Source: Escherichia phage SUT_E420. From it: a DNA stretch of 64,000 nt. Each line of letters starts with the position of its first letter. Position 1 is the stretch's first letter. Position numbers and translations under genes: made by a program. This document shows, piece by piece, positions 56,530 through 64,000 of the stretch. Where the stretch lies: sequence record OQ990039. One strand, 5' to 3'. The notes below the pieces were generated by a model that was not told the origin of the DNA, did not search any database, and saw only the letters and a program-made list of their open reading frames with translations.

Positions 56530-57297
56530 TTAGGTTCCTTGATTAACCTTGATTTTATATCTAGAGTGAATCAGGTCTCTTGCAGCTTTTGCTATAGCCT
56601 CACCAATAAGTTTTTGTGGGTTTCTAGCACCTGGGTAGGGTCGTAAAGATAATCTTCTATATGTAGATACTGCTGGATTAAATACAGAATATGGACGTAC
56701 CATATAATTATACGTCACGTTTAGTTCGGGGGCACCTTTACTAGTCTCTGCATCCCTAAGCATAACATCTTTAATTTTTAGAGAATTTGCAAATCTACCA
56801 GTTCTAAACTTTAATGGCGCTCCTGCCTTTTTCATATCTTTTATCAAATATTCCTTAGCAACTATTTCAAGAATAGTACGCATATTACTATTTGATACAA
56901 AACGACCGGAAGCACCTGTTACTGCACCAGAATAACCATCTTCCACATCTCTAGGATCACCGAAGTTTACCTGTACTCTACCTGTAGAACGTTTTTTACC
57001 TACAGCAGATTTTTTACCAGCGGTTGCTTGTATTAAGTTCTCTAGAGCACCTAAATCTCCCGAAAGATCTAAACTAGAGGATACCGCTTTTAGTATAGAG
57101 GCTGTTCTAACATCAAGAAGATCTTGTGATACGGGTTTTGAAAACTTAAAAGATACTTGAGCAACAGTACCATCTCTGGTAGGATCTTTTAACCCTGTCT
57201 CAACAGAGTACACAACAGTATTCTTATTATTTTCAGATCGTCCTGCAGTATCTAGCTGCTCTTTAATAATTTGTTTAGCTAGATCGGAAAGAGACAT
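56530..57297 (-). CDS. Head-tail joining protein candidate
   Basis: 255-aa ORF in the connector region. Confidence 0.35.
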   Translation of the reverse strand: MSLSDLAKQIIKEQLDTAGRSENNKNTVVYSVETGLKDPTRDGTVAQVSFKFSKPVSQDLLDVRTASILKAVSSSLDLSGDLGALENLIQATAGKKSAVGKKRSTGRVQVNFGDPRDVEDGYSGAVTGASGRFVSNSNMRTILEIVAKEYLIKDMKKAGAPLKFRTGRFANSLKIKDVMLRDAETSKGAPELNVTYNYMVRPYSVFNPAVSTYRRLSLRPYPGARNPQKLIGEAIAKAARDLIHSRYKIKVNQGT

Positions 57298-57809
57298 TAT
57301 ACTCTCCTGTATACTTCAATAATAGTACGAATATGCTCTGGAATACCAGACTTAGTGCTATTGAAGGTTACTGTTTCACCACCAATTGTTTTAGCTTGGC
57401 GATAATCTTGTTTATGCCAATGATCTACTAGCATACACGCTGCTAACTTAAGATCTTCAGGCACTGGGTTAAATCCACCTTGTGTATACGCTACGTCCAT
57501 ATAACCTTCTGGAGGATTAAATTTGAGAAGGATAATACCGTCAGAGTATAGTTTATACTGCTCTGGGTCAATCTCATTATCATTAATCGTCACTTTAGTT
57601 ACGGAGGTAGCAGATGGTGAACTCAGAAAATATTTCCTACGTGTAGGTTTTGTATTGATTAACTGGTCTACCGCATCAGCATCATCCATGCCTAGAAGGC
57701 TCGTAATCAGCGCATTGGCAGCAGTAATCATCATTTCTACACCGGATTCTAGTTCAGGTCGCTTTAAGCTACCATATAATCTATAATCTTCGGCTGTAAT
57801 GATTTGCAT
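57297..57809 (-). CDS. Head-tail connector/adaptor candidate
   Basis: 170-aa ORF directly downstream of the capsid gene terminator. Confidence 0.4.
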   Translation of the reverse strand: MQIITAEDYRLYGSLKRPELESGVEMMITAANALITSLLGMDDADAVDQLINTKPTRRKYFLSSPSATSVTKVTINDNEIDPEQYKLYSDGIILLKFNPPEGYMDVAYTQGGFNPVPEDLKLAACMLVDHWHKQDYRQAKTIGGETVTFNSTKSGIPEHIRTIIEVYRRV

Positions 57810-57818
57810 TTATTTTTC

Positions 57819-57848
57819 CCCAATAAAAAAGGAGAGCCGAAGCTCTCC
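57819..57848 (-). terminator. Intrinsic terminator after the major capsid gene
   Basis: Perfect 9-bp stem AAGGAGAGC / GCTCTCCTT, CGAA loop, TTTTTTATT on the minus strand. Confidence 0.6.
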
Positions 57849-57869
57849 TTATCGGCTGAAAAGCCTGTA

Positions 57870-59246
57870 TTAAGATGCAGCGTAAGCACCAGATACAACG
57901 CCGTTATTAAAGTAACGTTGCAGGTTAACACGCTGAGTAACGTAGTACGCATCACGCTGTTTACCAGCTTGGCGCTCACGTTCAACAGTAACAGCACGCT
58001 GACGCGGCATTACGAAGTTATCTTTATAAACAATAACTGCGAACTCTGCAGAGTTAGCTTTAGCCGGGAAGAACTCAGAAACTACAACCGGCAGACCGTA
58101 AATACGACCAACCTGACCTTGCAGTTTAACAGCATCATTACCAACTTGGGCAACATCCTGCCATTCTTCATCTTCCAGCAGATCGTAATAAGCATCCATA
58201 GATACAATCAGTACCAGTTTGCTCAGTTTCAGACCATGACGGCCCAGTTTACGGCGCAGTTTAGAGATAGTTTTAGCAGTTACCAGAACAGAACCATCAG
58301 CTTTAGCTTCAGTAATAACTTTAGCACTATCGCCTTCAGCCAGTTTCAGCAGACCCTTAGGCTTACCAGTACCGTCACCAGTCATGAAAGCTTCTTCGAT
58401 AGAAACAGCGTGTGCTTCAATCAGACGCTTACGCAGCAGCGGTAGCAGGGAGAAGATTGCATCTTCTTCAGTTTCATCAGTAATGAAGGACTTAGCAGCC
58501 AGTTTATAGGTTTTGAACTGAATTTCAGTCAGAGCACCTTTAACTTCGTCACCAGTAGTAGCATCAGTACCATATGCGCTAGCATCTACCCAAGTAGCTT
58601 TACCAGCATCTGGTTCAACCAGCATAGTAAGAATTTTGCTGGACATTGGCAGTTCTTCAAACAGAGCACCAACTACTAGTTCTTTCTGCAGGTCACGAAT
58701 AATACGCTGGGAGAAAATAGTTTCGTAGCTTTCACTAGAAACTTCTACTGAAGAGGACTGGTTTACAGTTTTCAGGTGTCTCTGGCCATGTTCGGTATCA
58801 AATACACCTTTTTCCATCACGTAAGACAGAAGAACCAGTTTTTCAACTTCATCTTCAAAGTTTTCCTGAGTACCGTACAGTGCTTTAGCTACGCTATCAC
58901 CAACGAAGGAACGACCTTCACGAGCTGCTAGCAGAGATTTGATTTCGTCCTGAAGACCAACAATAGTTTCCTGCTGTTTTTCTACAGTCTGTGCAAACAG
59001 TTCTGCGCTCTTCTTAGATTTCTCATCCAGGGATTTAACCAGTTCCAGAGCTTCTTCTAGCTTCTGACGATCTTCGCCAACTGCTTTAGAAACCAGGTCA
59101 TTCATACGAGCCAGTTCTTTTTCTTCCTGCTCTTTACGCATACGTTCAGCTTCAGCAGCTTTCTGAGCAGCGGTCAGACCTTCCAGAGATTTAGCCAGAT
59201 CACCCAGACCAAGTTCTTCTTTCAGCTTATTAATATCAATAGTCAT
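57870..59246 (-). CDS. Major capsid protein precursor (HK97-fold) with N-terminal scaffolding-like delta domain
   Basis: 458 aa; coiled-coil N-terminal region; host-optimal codons; follows the prohead protease gene. Confidence 0.8.
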   Translation of the reverse strand: MTIDINKLKEELGLGDLAKSLEGLTAAQKAAEAERMRKEQEEKELARMNDLVSKAVGEDRQKLEEALELVKSLDEKSKKSAELFAQTVEKQQETIVGLQDEIKSLLAAREGRSFVGDSVAKALYGTQENFEDEVEKLVLLSYVMEKGVFDTEHGQRHLKTVNQSSSVEVSSESYETIFSQRIIRDLQKELVVGALFEELPMSSKILTMLVEPDAGKATWVDASAYGTDATTGDEVKGALTEIQFKTYKLAAKSFITDETEEDAIFSLLPLLRKRLIEAHAVSIEEAFMTGDGTGKPKGLLKLAEGDSAKVITEAKADGSVLVTAKTISKLRRKLGRHGLKLSKLVLIVSMDAYYDLLEDEEWQDVAQVGNDAVKLQGQVGRIYGLPVVVSEFFPAKANSAEFAVIVYKDNFVMPRQRAVTVERERQAGKQRDAYYVTQRVNLQRYFNNGVVSGAYAAS

Positions 59247-59263
59247 TTTTAAATAATTCTCCG

Positions 59264-59896
59264 TTATTCTTTAACGTAGCCTAAAGCTATCGCAAGTTTT
59301 TCTAGTTCAGAAAGATTACGTTCTTGAGCTGGGACAGCTTTAGAACTTATTGCAGTAAAAGATTTACGCCATTCAGTATAATCATGACCATTCATACTCT
59401 TAGCGAGATTGAATGTTGAGTCCTGATTACAAGGTACAGAAACTACCGAAACTTCGTATAGTTCTAAATCTTTAATAATAAATATATCAGTAGCTTCATC
59501 CCACTCTGCATCTAGGCAGCGGAATCCGATACTAAAAGTTTTCAGTACACCGTTTTTAATTAGCGAAAAGATAGCCGGGTCAGAACTTTCATAGATCTCA
59601 CATTCGATTTCGAGACCCATTTCAGTAGGATTAAGATCAATACACTTGCCGATTGGACGACGATGGTCGTGTCCGAAAAGAATAATCGGGTTTTTCATGT
59701 AGTTAGCAAGTGCATTAGATGTTTTCCATGCAGAGGCAGGAATTACATCACCAGCGCGATCTTTACTAATTGTATTAGCGAATCCACGGATTTTTACAAC
59801 ACCCTCTTTGGATTCGCTATCAATAGATTTAATATAAGCATCTAAATGAACCGGTGCTGATTTTAACTTGTTATAGTCAATAGCAGCTTGTGTCAT
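59264..59896 (-). CDS. Prohead maturation protease (HK97 S78-like)
   Basis: 210 aa; KIRGFANT...AGDVIP...LFGHDH...PIG matches the HK97-protease pattern. Confidence 0.75.
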   Translation of the reverse strand: MTQAAIDYNKLKSAPVHLDAYIKSIDSESKEGVVKIRGFANTISKDRAGDVIPASAWKTSNALANYMKNPIILFGHDHRRPIGKCIDLNPTEMGLEIECEIYESSDPAIFSLIKNGVLKTFSIGFRCLDAEWDEATDIFIIKDLELYEVSVVSVPCNQDSTFNLAKSMNGHDYTEWRKSFTAISSKAVPAQERNLSELEKLAIALGYVKE

Positions 59897-59899
59897 TTA

Positions 59900-60382
59900 T
59901 TAGCCTCCAACACCGGGATTAACCGTTACTGTGCATGCAGTAGAAGGTTTACTAACTTTCTTGCTATCTGTAACCGTTACTTTATAGACTCCCGAATCAT
60001 CAGTAGCTGCTGCAGGCTTAGTATAGGTAGCTCCTGAAGCATCTGGAATAGGAGAACCATCTTTAGTCCATGCATAAGTATAAGGACCAGTTCCGCCGGT
60101 TGCAGTAACAGAAAGTGTTAATGCTGTACCTTCTGTAATAGACATACTAGCAGTTAAATCTTTAGAAAGAGTTAATGGTGGAGCAGGAGGAACTGCTTTA
60201 CCATAAGCCTCTACAAATTTCTTCCATACTTTACGGTTAGTATGCGCAGATGAAAGTCCTAGTTCTCTACGCAGAAAAGCATAGCTAGGAACATATTTAT
60301 GCGCAGCAACCGTAGCAAAGAAGATATGAGATTCTGGTAGTTTTTCACCAAAAATGGTCTTTAGACCATTATAATCAATCAT
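59900..60382 (-). CDS. Capsid decoration protein with Ig-like domain (T5 pb10-like, tentative)
   Basis: 160 aa; C-terminal Ig-like segment (TVTVNPGVGG). Confidence 0.5.
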   Translation of the reverse strand: MIDYNGLKTIFGEKLPESHIFFATVAAHKYVPSYAFLRRELGLSSAHTNRKVWKKFVEAYGKAVPPAPPLTLSKDLTASMSITEGTALTLSVTATGGTGPYTYAWTKDGSPIPDASGATYTKPAAATDDSGVYKVTVTDSKKVSKPSTACTVTVNPGVGG

Positions 60383-61950
60383 TCTTTATCTCCCTCGGTG
60401 GAACCTTGAGGTCTGCCACCTTCTTGACCAGATACACCTGTTACAGAACCAGCAACGTTAGCAGGAATACGAATCTTATCCATCTGCTCATCATCTAAAG
60501 GTTCAAGGTTCAGCTCTAAACGAGCTTCGTTACCAGTCATAATACCATTATTAACCAATGAGGTTAAATGTTTAGCCTCAGCTTCTTTATCTGGTGTTAA
60601 TGCAGCTACTTCCTTAGTATTAGGAGTAATCTTATAACCAAAAAAGAAAGTAAGAGAACTAGTCAGTTTGTTCAGCATAGGAATGATAGTCATATAATAG
60701 AACAGTTCGATATTTGGTCGAATGTTCGCATTATTACCACCATCAAGCAGTACTTGCGGAACACCAAAGGCTAGACAGATAGATTTATTAAATCCTTCAA
60801 TGTCTTCCTTGAAGTCTAGGTCTTTAAAAGAGGATATTTGGGAGTACGGTTTAGCTTTCATACCACCATCTAGAATCAGGACAGAGGACTGACCAGTACT
60901 AGGATTATAATCTAGTTGTAATTCTTCTTGTTTACGCTCACGCAATTTCTTGTTCAGGATTTCATCCGTCTCAAGAATAAGACCAATCACNNNNNNNNNN
61001 NNNNNNNNNNNNNNNNNNNNNNNNNNNNNNNNNNNNNNNNNNNNNNNNNNNNNNNNNNNNNNNNNNNNNNNNNNNNNNNNNNNNNNNNNNAGTTGTAATT
61101 CTTCTTGTTTACGCTCACGCAATTTCTTGTTCAGGATTTCATCCGTCTCAAGAATAAGACCAATCACAGTTCCATTATCGAGGAATTTCTCTTTAAAGTT
61201 AAGCATCTTAGAACGCTTCTCAAGAGAGTCAATAACAGTAGCAACACGAGATTGTCCAGAAATTTGAGAATTTGTGCCACACACGTAACTGTTATCCTTT
61301 ATAAAGATAATCTCATCTACGCGATAGTCTATCTGGTTATTAAATATAAATTTTTTGATAAACTTATTGGCATCTGCCTCTACTTGCATTAATGCAGCAG
61401 GGACATGGTAAAGTGCTGTGCCATCCCAATAGATGTATGCACAACCTTCAAAAAGTAGGTCAGTGACTACAAGTCTACGGAATGTGCTTATATNNNNNNN
61501 NNNNNNNNNNNNNNNNNNNNNNNNNNNNNNNNNNNNNNNNNNNNNNNNNNNNNNNNNNNNNNNNNNNNNNNNNNNNNNNNNNNNNNNNNNNNNTGTGCCA
61601 TCCCAATAGATGTATGCACAACCTTCAAAAAGTAGGTCAGTGACTACAAGTCTACGGAATGTGCTTATATCCATGAATGGATTAGGTCGTACATTTAAGA
61701 GAGTGTCTAGAGTCTTTGCCTTGATGCCATTGGCATACGTGACAATATTATATTTATCTCCGACAGTATAAGAACACTCCGCCGCACTATCTATAACCAT
61801 ATTAGCAGTTCTATTGAGAATCTCAATTTTACTGTAGGCTTGTCCAGTGGTAAAAGGCTTACGGTTAGTGCGATGACTAACTGGTTCCATGTCTCTTATA
61901 ATACGTTGACCCGGATTTAGCTTTTCAGTAATCCAGCTTTTAAAACCCAT
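60379..61950 (-). CDS. Portal protein
   Basis: Lies between the terminase-proximal HNH gene and the decoration/protease genes. Contains gaps 60991-61090 and 61494-61593; true length about 405 aa. Confidence 0.65.
   Translation of the reverse strand: MGFKSWITEKLNPGQRIIRDMEPVSHRTNRKPFTTGQAYSKIEILNRTANMVIDSAAECSYTVGDKYNIVTYANGIKAKTLDTLLNVRPNPFMDISTFRRLVVTDLLFEGCAYIYWDGTXXXXXXXXXXXXXXXXXXXXXXXXXXXXXXXXXXISTFRRLVVTDLLFEGCAYIYWDGTALYHVPAALMQVEADANKFIKKFIFNNQIDYRVDEIIFIKDNSYVCGTNSQISGQSRVATVIDSLEKRSKMLNFKEKFLDNGTVIGLILETDEILNKKLRERKQEELQXXXXXXXXXXXXXXXXXXXXXXXXXXXXXXXXXXVIGLILETDEILNKKLRERKQEELQLDYNPSTGQSSVLILDGGMKAKPYSQISSFKDLDFKEDIEGFNKSICLAFGVPQVLLDGGNNANIRPNIELFYYMTIIPMLNKLTSSLTFFFGYKITPNTKEVAALTPDKEAEAKHLTSLVNNGIMTGNEARLELNLEPLDDEQMDKIRIPANVAGSVTGVSGQEGGRPQGSTEGDKE
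60991..61090. other. Assembly gap (100 N) flanked by identical 77-bp copies
   Basis: Exact 77-bp duplication either side. Confidence 0.95.
61494..61593. other. Assembly gap (100 N) flanked by identical 77-bp copies
   Basis: Exact 77-bp duplication either side. Confidence 0.95.
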
Positions 61951-62564
61951 TATAAGAACCTTGCGAATCCTGATTTTGTTTCAGTCTTGACTTGTGTCTT
62001 TTCTTGAGGATTCTGTAATTTGTCTTTCTGCTTTTGAACCCACACTTTTTGCTTATTAGCAGAAAATAAAGGAGGTTCTTTTGTGTAAACCTTATGTAAT
62101 AATTGGTGATGGTGNNNNNNNNNNNNNNNNNNNNNNNNNNNNNNNNNNNNNNNNNNNNNNNNNNNNNNNNNNNNNNNNNNNNNNNNNNNNNNNNNNNNNN
62201 NNNNNNNNNNNNNNACCCACACTTTTTGCTTATTAGCAGAAAATAAAGGAGGTTCTTTTGTGTAAACCTTATGTAATAATTGGTGATGGTGTACACAAAG
62301 GGTAACAGTGTCTTCTACTAGCTCATGCCTATATCGATCATAGAATGCCGTCCTATTTGAAAGGACTATTTCTTCGTCAGTGAAATCCAATTGGAGTTCT
62401 TTAGCAAATTTTTTAACTAGTAGAGACACCGTATGGTAATGATGAAGCTCTAATTCTTCAGCACAACCGCAGATAGCACATTGAGAGTCTTTTTTATATT
62501 GACTTTTTATTCCGTCTCTCATAAGGGATATAGCATCGCGTTTATATTTTATATTGCTTGCCAT
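61950..62564 (-). CDS. HNH endonuclease adjacent to terminase
   Basis: Start at ATG 62564 with GAGGAG SD; Cys/His motif CAICGCAEELELHHYH...LCVHHHQLLH. Contains artifact gap 62115-62214. Confidence 0.65.
   Translation of the reverse strand: MASNIKYKRDAISLMRDGIKSQYKKDSQCAICGCAEELELHHYHTVSLLVKKFAKELQLDFTDEEIVLSNRTAFYDRYRHELVEDTVTLCVHHHQLLHKVYTKEPPLFSANKQKVWXXXXXXXXXXXXXXXXXXXXXXXXXXXXXXXXXXHHHQLLHKVYTKEPPLFSANKQKVWVQKQKDKLQNPQEKTQVKTETKSGFARFL
62115..62214. other. Assembly gap (100 N) flanked by identical 77-bp copies
   Basis: Exact 77-bp duplication either side. Confidence 0.95.
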
Positions 62565-62678
62565 AGTGTTCTCCTCAACTGTATGAATATAGTATACATA
62601 ATCGTATCGAATTTGTAAAGGGGATTTTAAAATGCAGGAATGGGATACCAACTGAGTAGTATCCCTTCCTATACTTAT

Positions 62679-63995
62679 TTATTTACCACGGGAAATAGAG
62701 TAAATTCCATAGCGCAGAGCATCACAGAGGTGAGAGTTAGCATCATGACGTGGTTTTTCACGTGATAATTTTTCTTCACCTTCTTGGAAATCCCACTTGT
62801 AATTCTGCAATGCGTGAATTAATGAGGAACATGAAGCATCCACAATAATCTTGCCTTGTTGGAATAGTGCTTGTAAACATGCTAATCCATCTAGGACAGA
62901 TTTTTTAGCTGGAGCCGATGCAATTTCATGTTCATAAGCTAAGTCCTGACGGAACTGAGCTGCGGCAGAGTCAACAAAAACACGATCAACTTTATAACGA
63001 TCTATACAGTGCTGAATATACGTAGCATGCTGAGCTGTGGTTTTCTCCGCCTGCTGGTACTCTTCTAATACATAGTAAGTATCCGTATCGTAATGATATT
63101 TAATAGTAAGAACTGCTGTAGGATCACGATAACCAACGTCAATACCAAGCAATGTTTCGAATGCTTCATCATCTTTAAAGAAGTGACGCATACCTTTAAG
63201 GTCTTTAACATGGTCTATAGCATTAAAGGTATCGAAGATCTGACCTTCGAATACAGAGAAGTCAGCCTCGTATTCTTGGCGAAAGTAGTTTTTACTAACT
63301 GTACGACGTGCTTCTTCGATATCATTCAGATCAGCACGTGGGTTATCACGATATGTACCATGAATAGATACCCAGTTAGGTAATGTATCATCAAATCCGT
63401 AGGCATAAAACTCTTTAAACCAGTTACCACCACGAGGAGTAGAGATAAATAGAGCCTTAGAGTTTGGTTTATCTAGGGTAGGACGCAACTGAACTCTAAA
63501 GGCATCACCACCCACATCGGAAATTGCCGCCTCATCAAAGATGATAAAGTCATATGAACGTCCAACTGCGGAGTCAGCCTGAGCTGCAGAAGCTAGTTTA
63601 AACAGTGAGCCGTTTGCCAGCTCAATCTCTTTATCTTTAGCATTCTCACGTTCGGTTTGTAGGCCATATTTTTTAATAAGACCCCGAATCTGAGACCATC
63701 CGATGTTGGCTAGTGAGTAGTTAGGGGCAACTACTAACACTTTCACATTAGGTTCCAACAATTTTAGGAACCCAAGTGTGTATGCGATGAAGGATTTACC
63801 TACACGGCGTGATACACACGCCGTTACAAAACGATGTCTAGGGTCCTCTAAAGCATTGATGATTGCTATTTGAGGACCATTAGGTGTAATACCTTCTTGT
63901 GCTAGTATTCCCGAAACAGGTAAACGAAAGAAACGTTTGTCTATTCCGAAATCAATAACATCTACTGTGTTAACGTAGGGTCTTGATACTTCCAT
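62679..63995 (-). CDS. Terminase large subunit
   Basis: 438 aa; N-terminal ATPase Walker A CVSRRVGKSF, Walker B-like IIFDEAA, C-terminal nuclease-like domain. Confidence 0.85.
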   Translation of the reverse strand: MEVSRPYVNTVDVIDFGIDKRFFRLPVSGILAQEGITPNGPQIAIINALEDPRHRFVTACVSRRVGKSFIAYTLGFLKLLEPNVKVLVVAPNYSLANIGWSQIRGLIKKYGLQTERENAKDKEIELANGSLFKLASAAQADSAVGRSYDFIIFDEAAISDVGGDAFRVQLRPTLDKPNSKALFISTPRGGNWFKEFYAYGFDDTLPNWVSIHGTYRDNPRADLNDIEEARRTVSKNYFRQEYEADFSVFEGQIFDTFNAIDHVKDLKGMRHFFKDDEAFETLLGIDVGYRDPTAVLTIKYHYDTDTYYVLEEYQQAEKTTAQHATYIQHCIDRYKVDRVFVDSAAAQFRQDLAYEHEIASAPAKKSVLDGLACLQALFQQGKIIVDASCSSLIHALQNYKWDFQEGEEKLSREKPRHDANSHLCDALRYGIYSISRGK

Positions 63996-64000
63996 TACTT

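Noticed and set aside
1-64000. Prophage or lysogeny functions (integrase, repressor, att sites)
   Set aside because: No tyrosine or serine recombinase motifs and no CI-like repressor were found; gene content and promoters are those of a virulent T5-like phage.

Overview
This window reads as a T5-like (Tequintavirus-type) lytic phage segment, identified from gene content, order and promoter sequence by recall, not by database search. Bases 1-12386 are a minus-strand early cluster: small promoter-driven early genes, a NADAR protein, RNase H, then thyA-frd-nrdB-(HNH)-nrdA-phoH. Bases 12730-40054 are a plus-strand early module: nrdD, a Sir2-containing operon, a replication initiator-like ATPase, a split NAD-dependent ligase, a D5-like DNA-binding protein, helicase, primase, DNA polymerase, SbcCD, an Hjc-like resolvase, flap endonuclease and dUTPase. 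Bases 40111-63995 are minus-strand late structural genes from tail fibre to large terminase. Many promoters match the T5 early promoter type, including a near copy of PN25 at 20867-20895. No tRNA, CRISPR or integrase was found. The assembly has 14 runs of exactly 100 N; 12 are flanked by exact 77-bp duplications (unmerged k-mer overlaps), so several ORFs carry about 59 spurious codons. The best candidates for undescribed biology are the seven-gene Sir2/HAD/paralog operon (14647-17656), the NADAR and receiver-like early proteins, the ORF-free 0.57 kb region at 17657-18226, and the initiator-like ORF at 18227-20641. All are hypotheses from motif recognition only.
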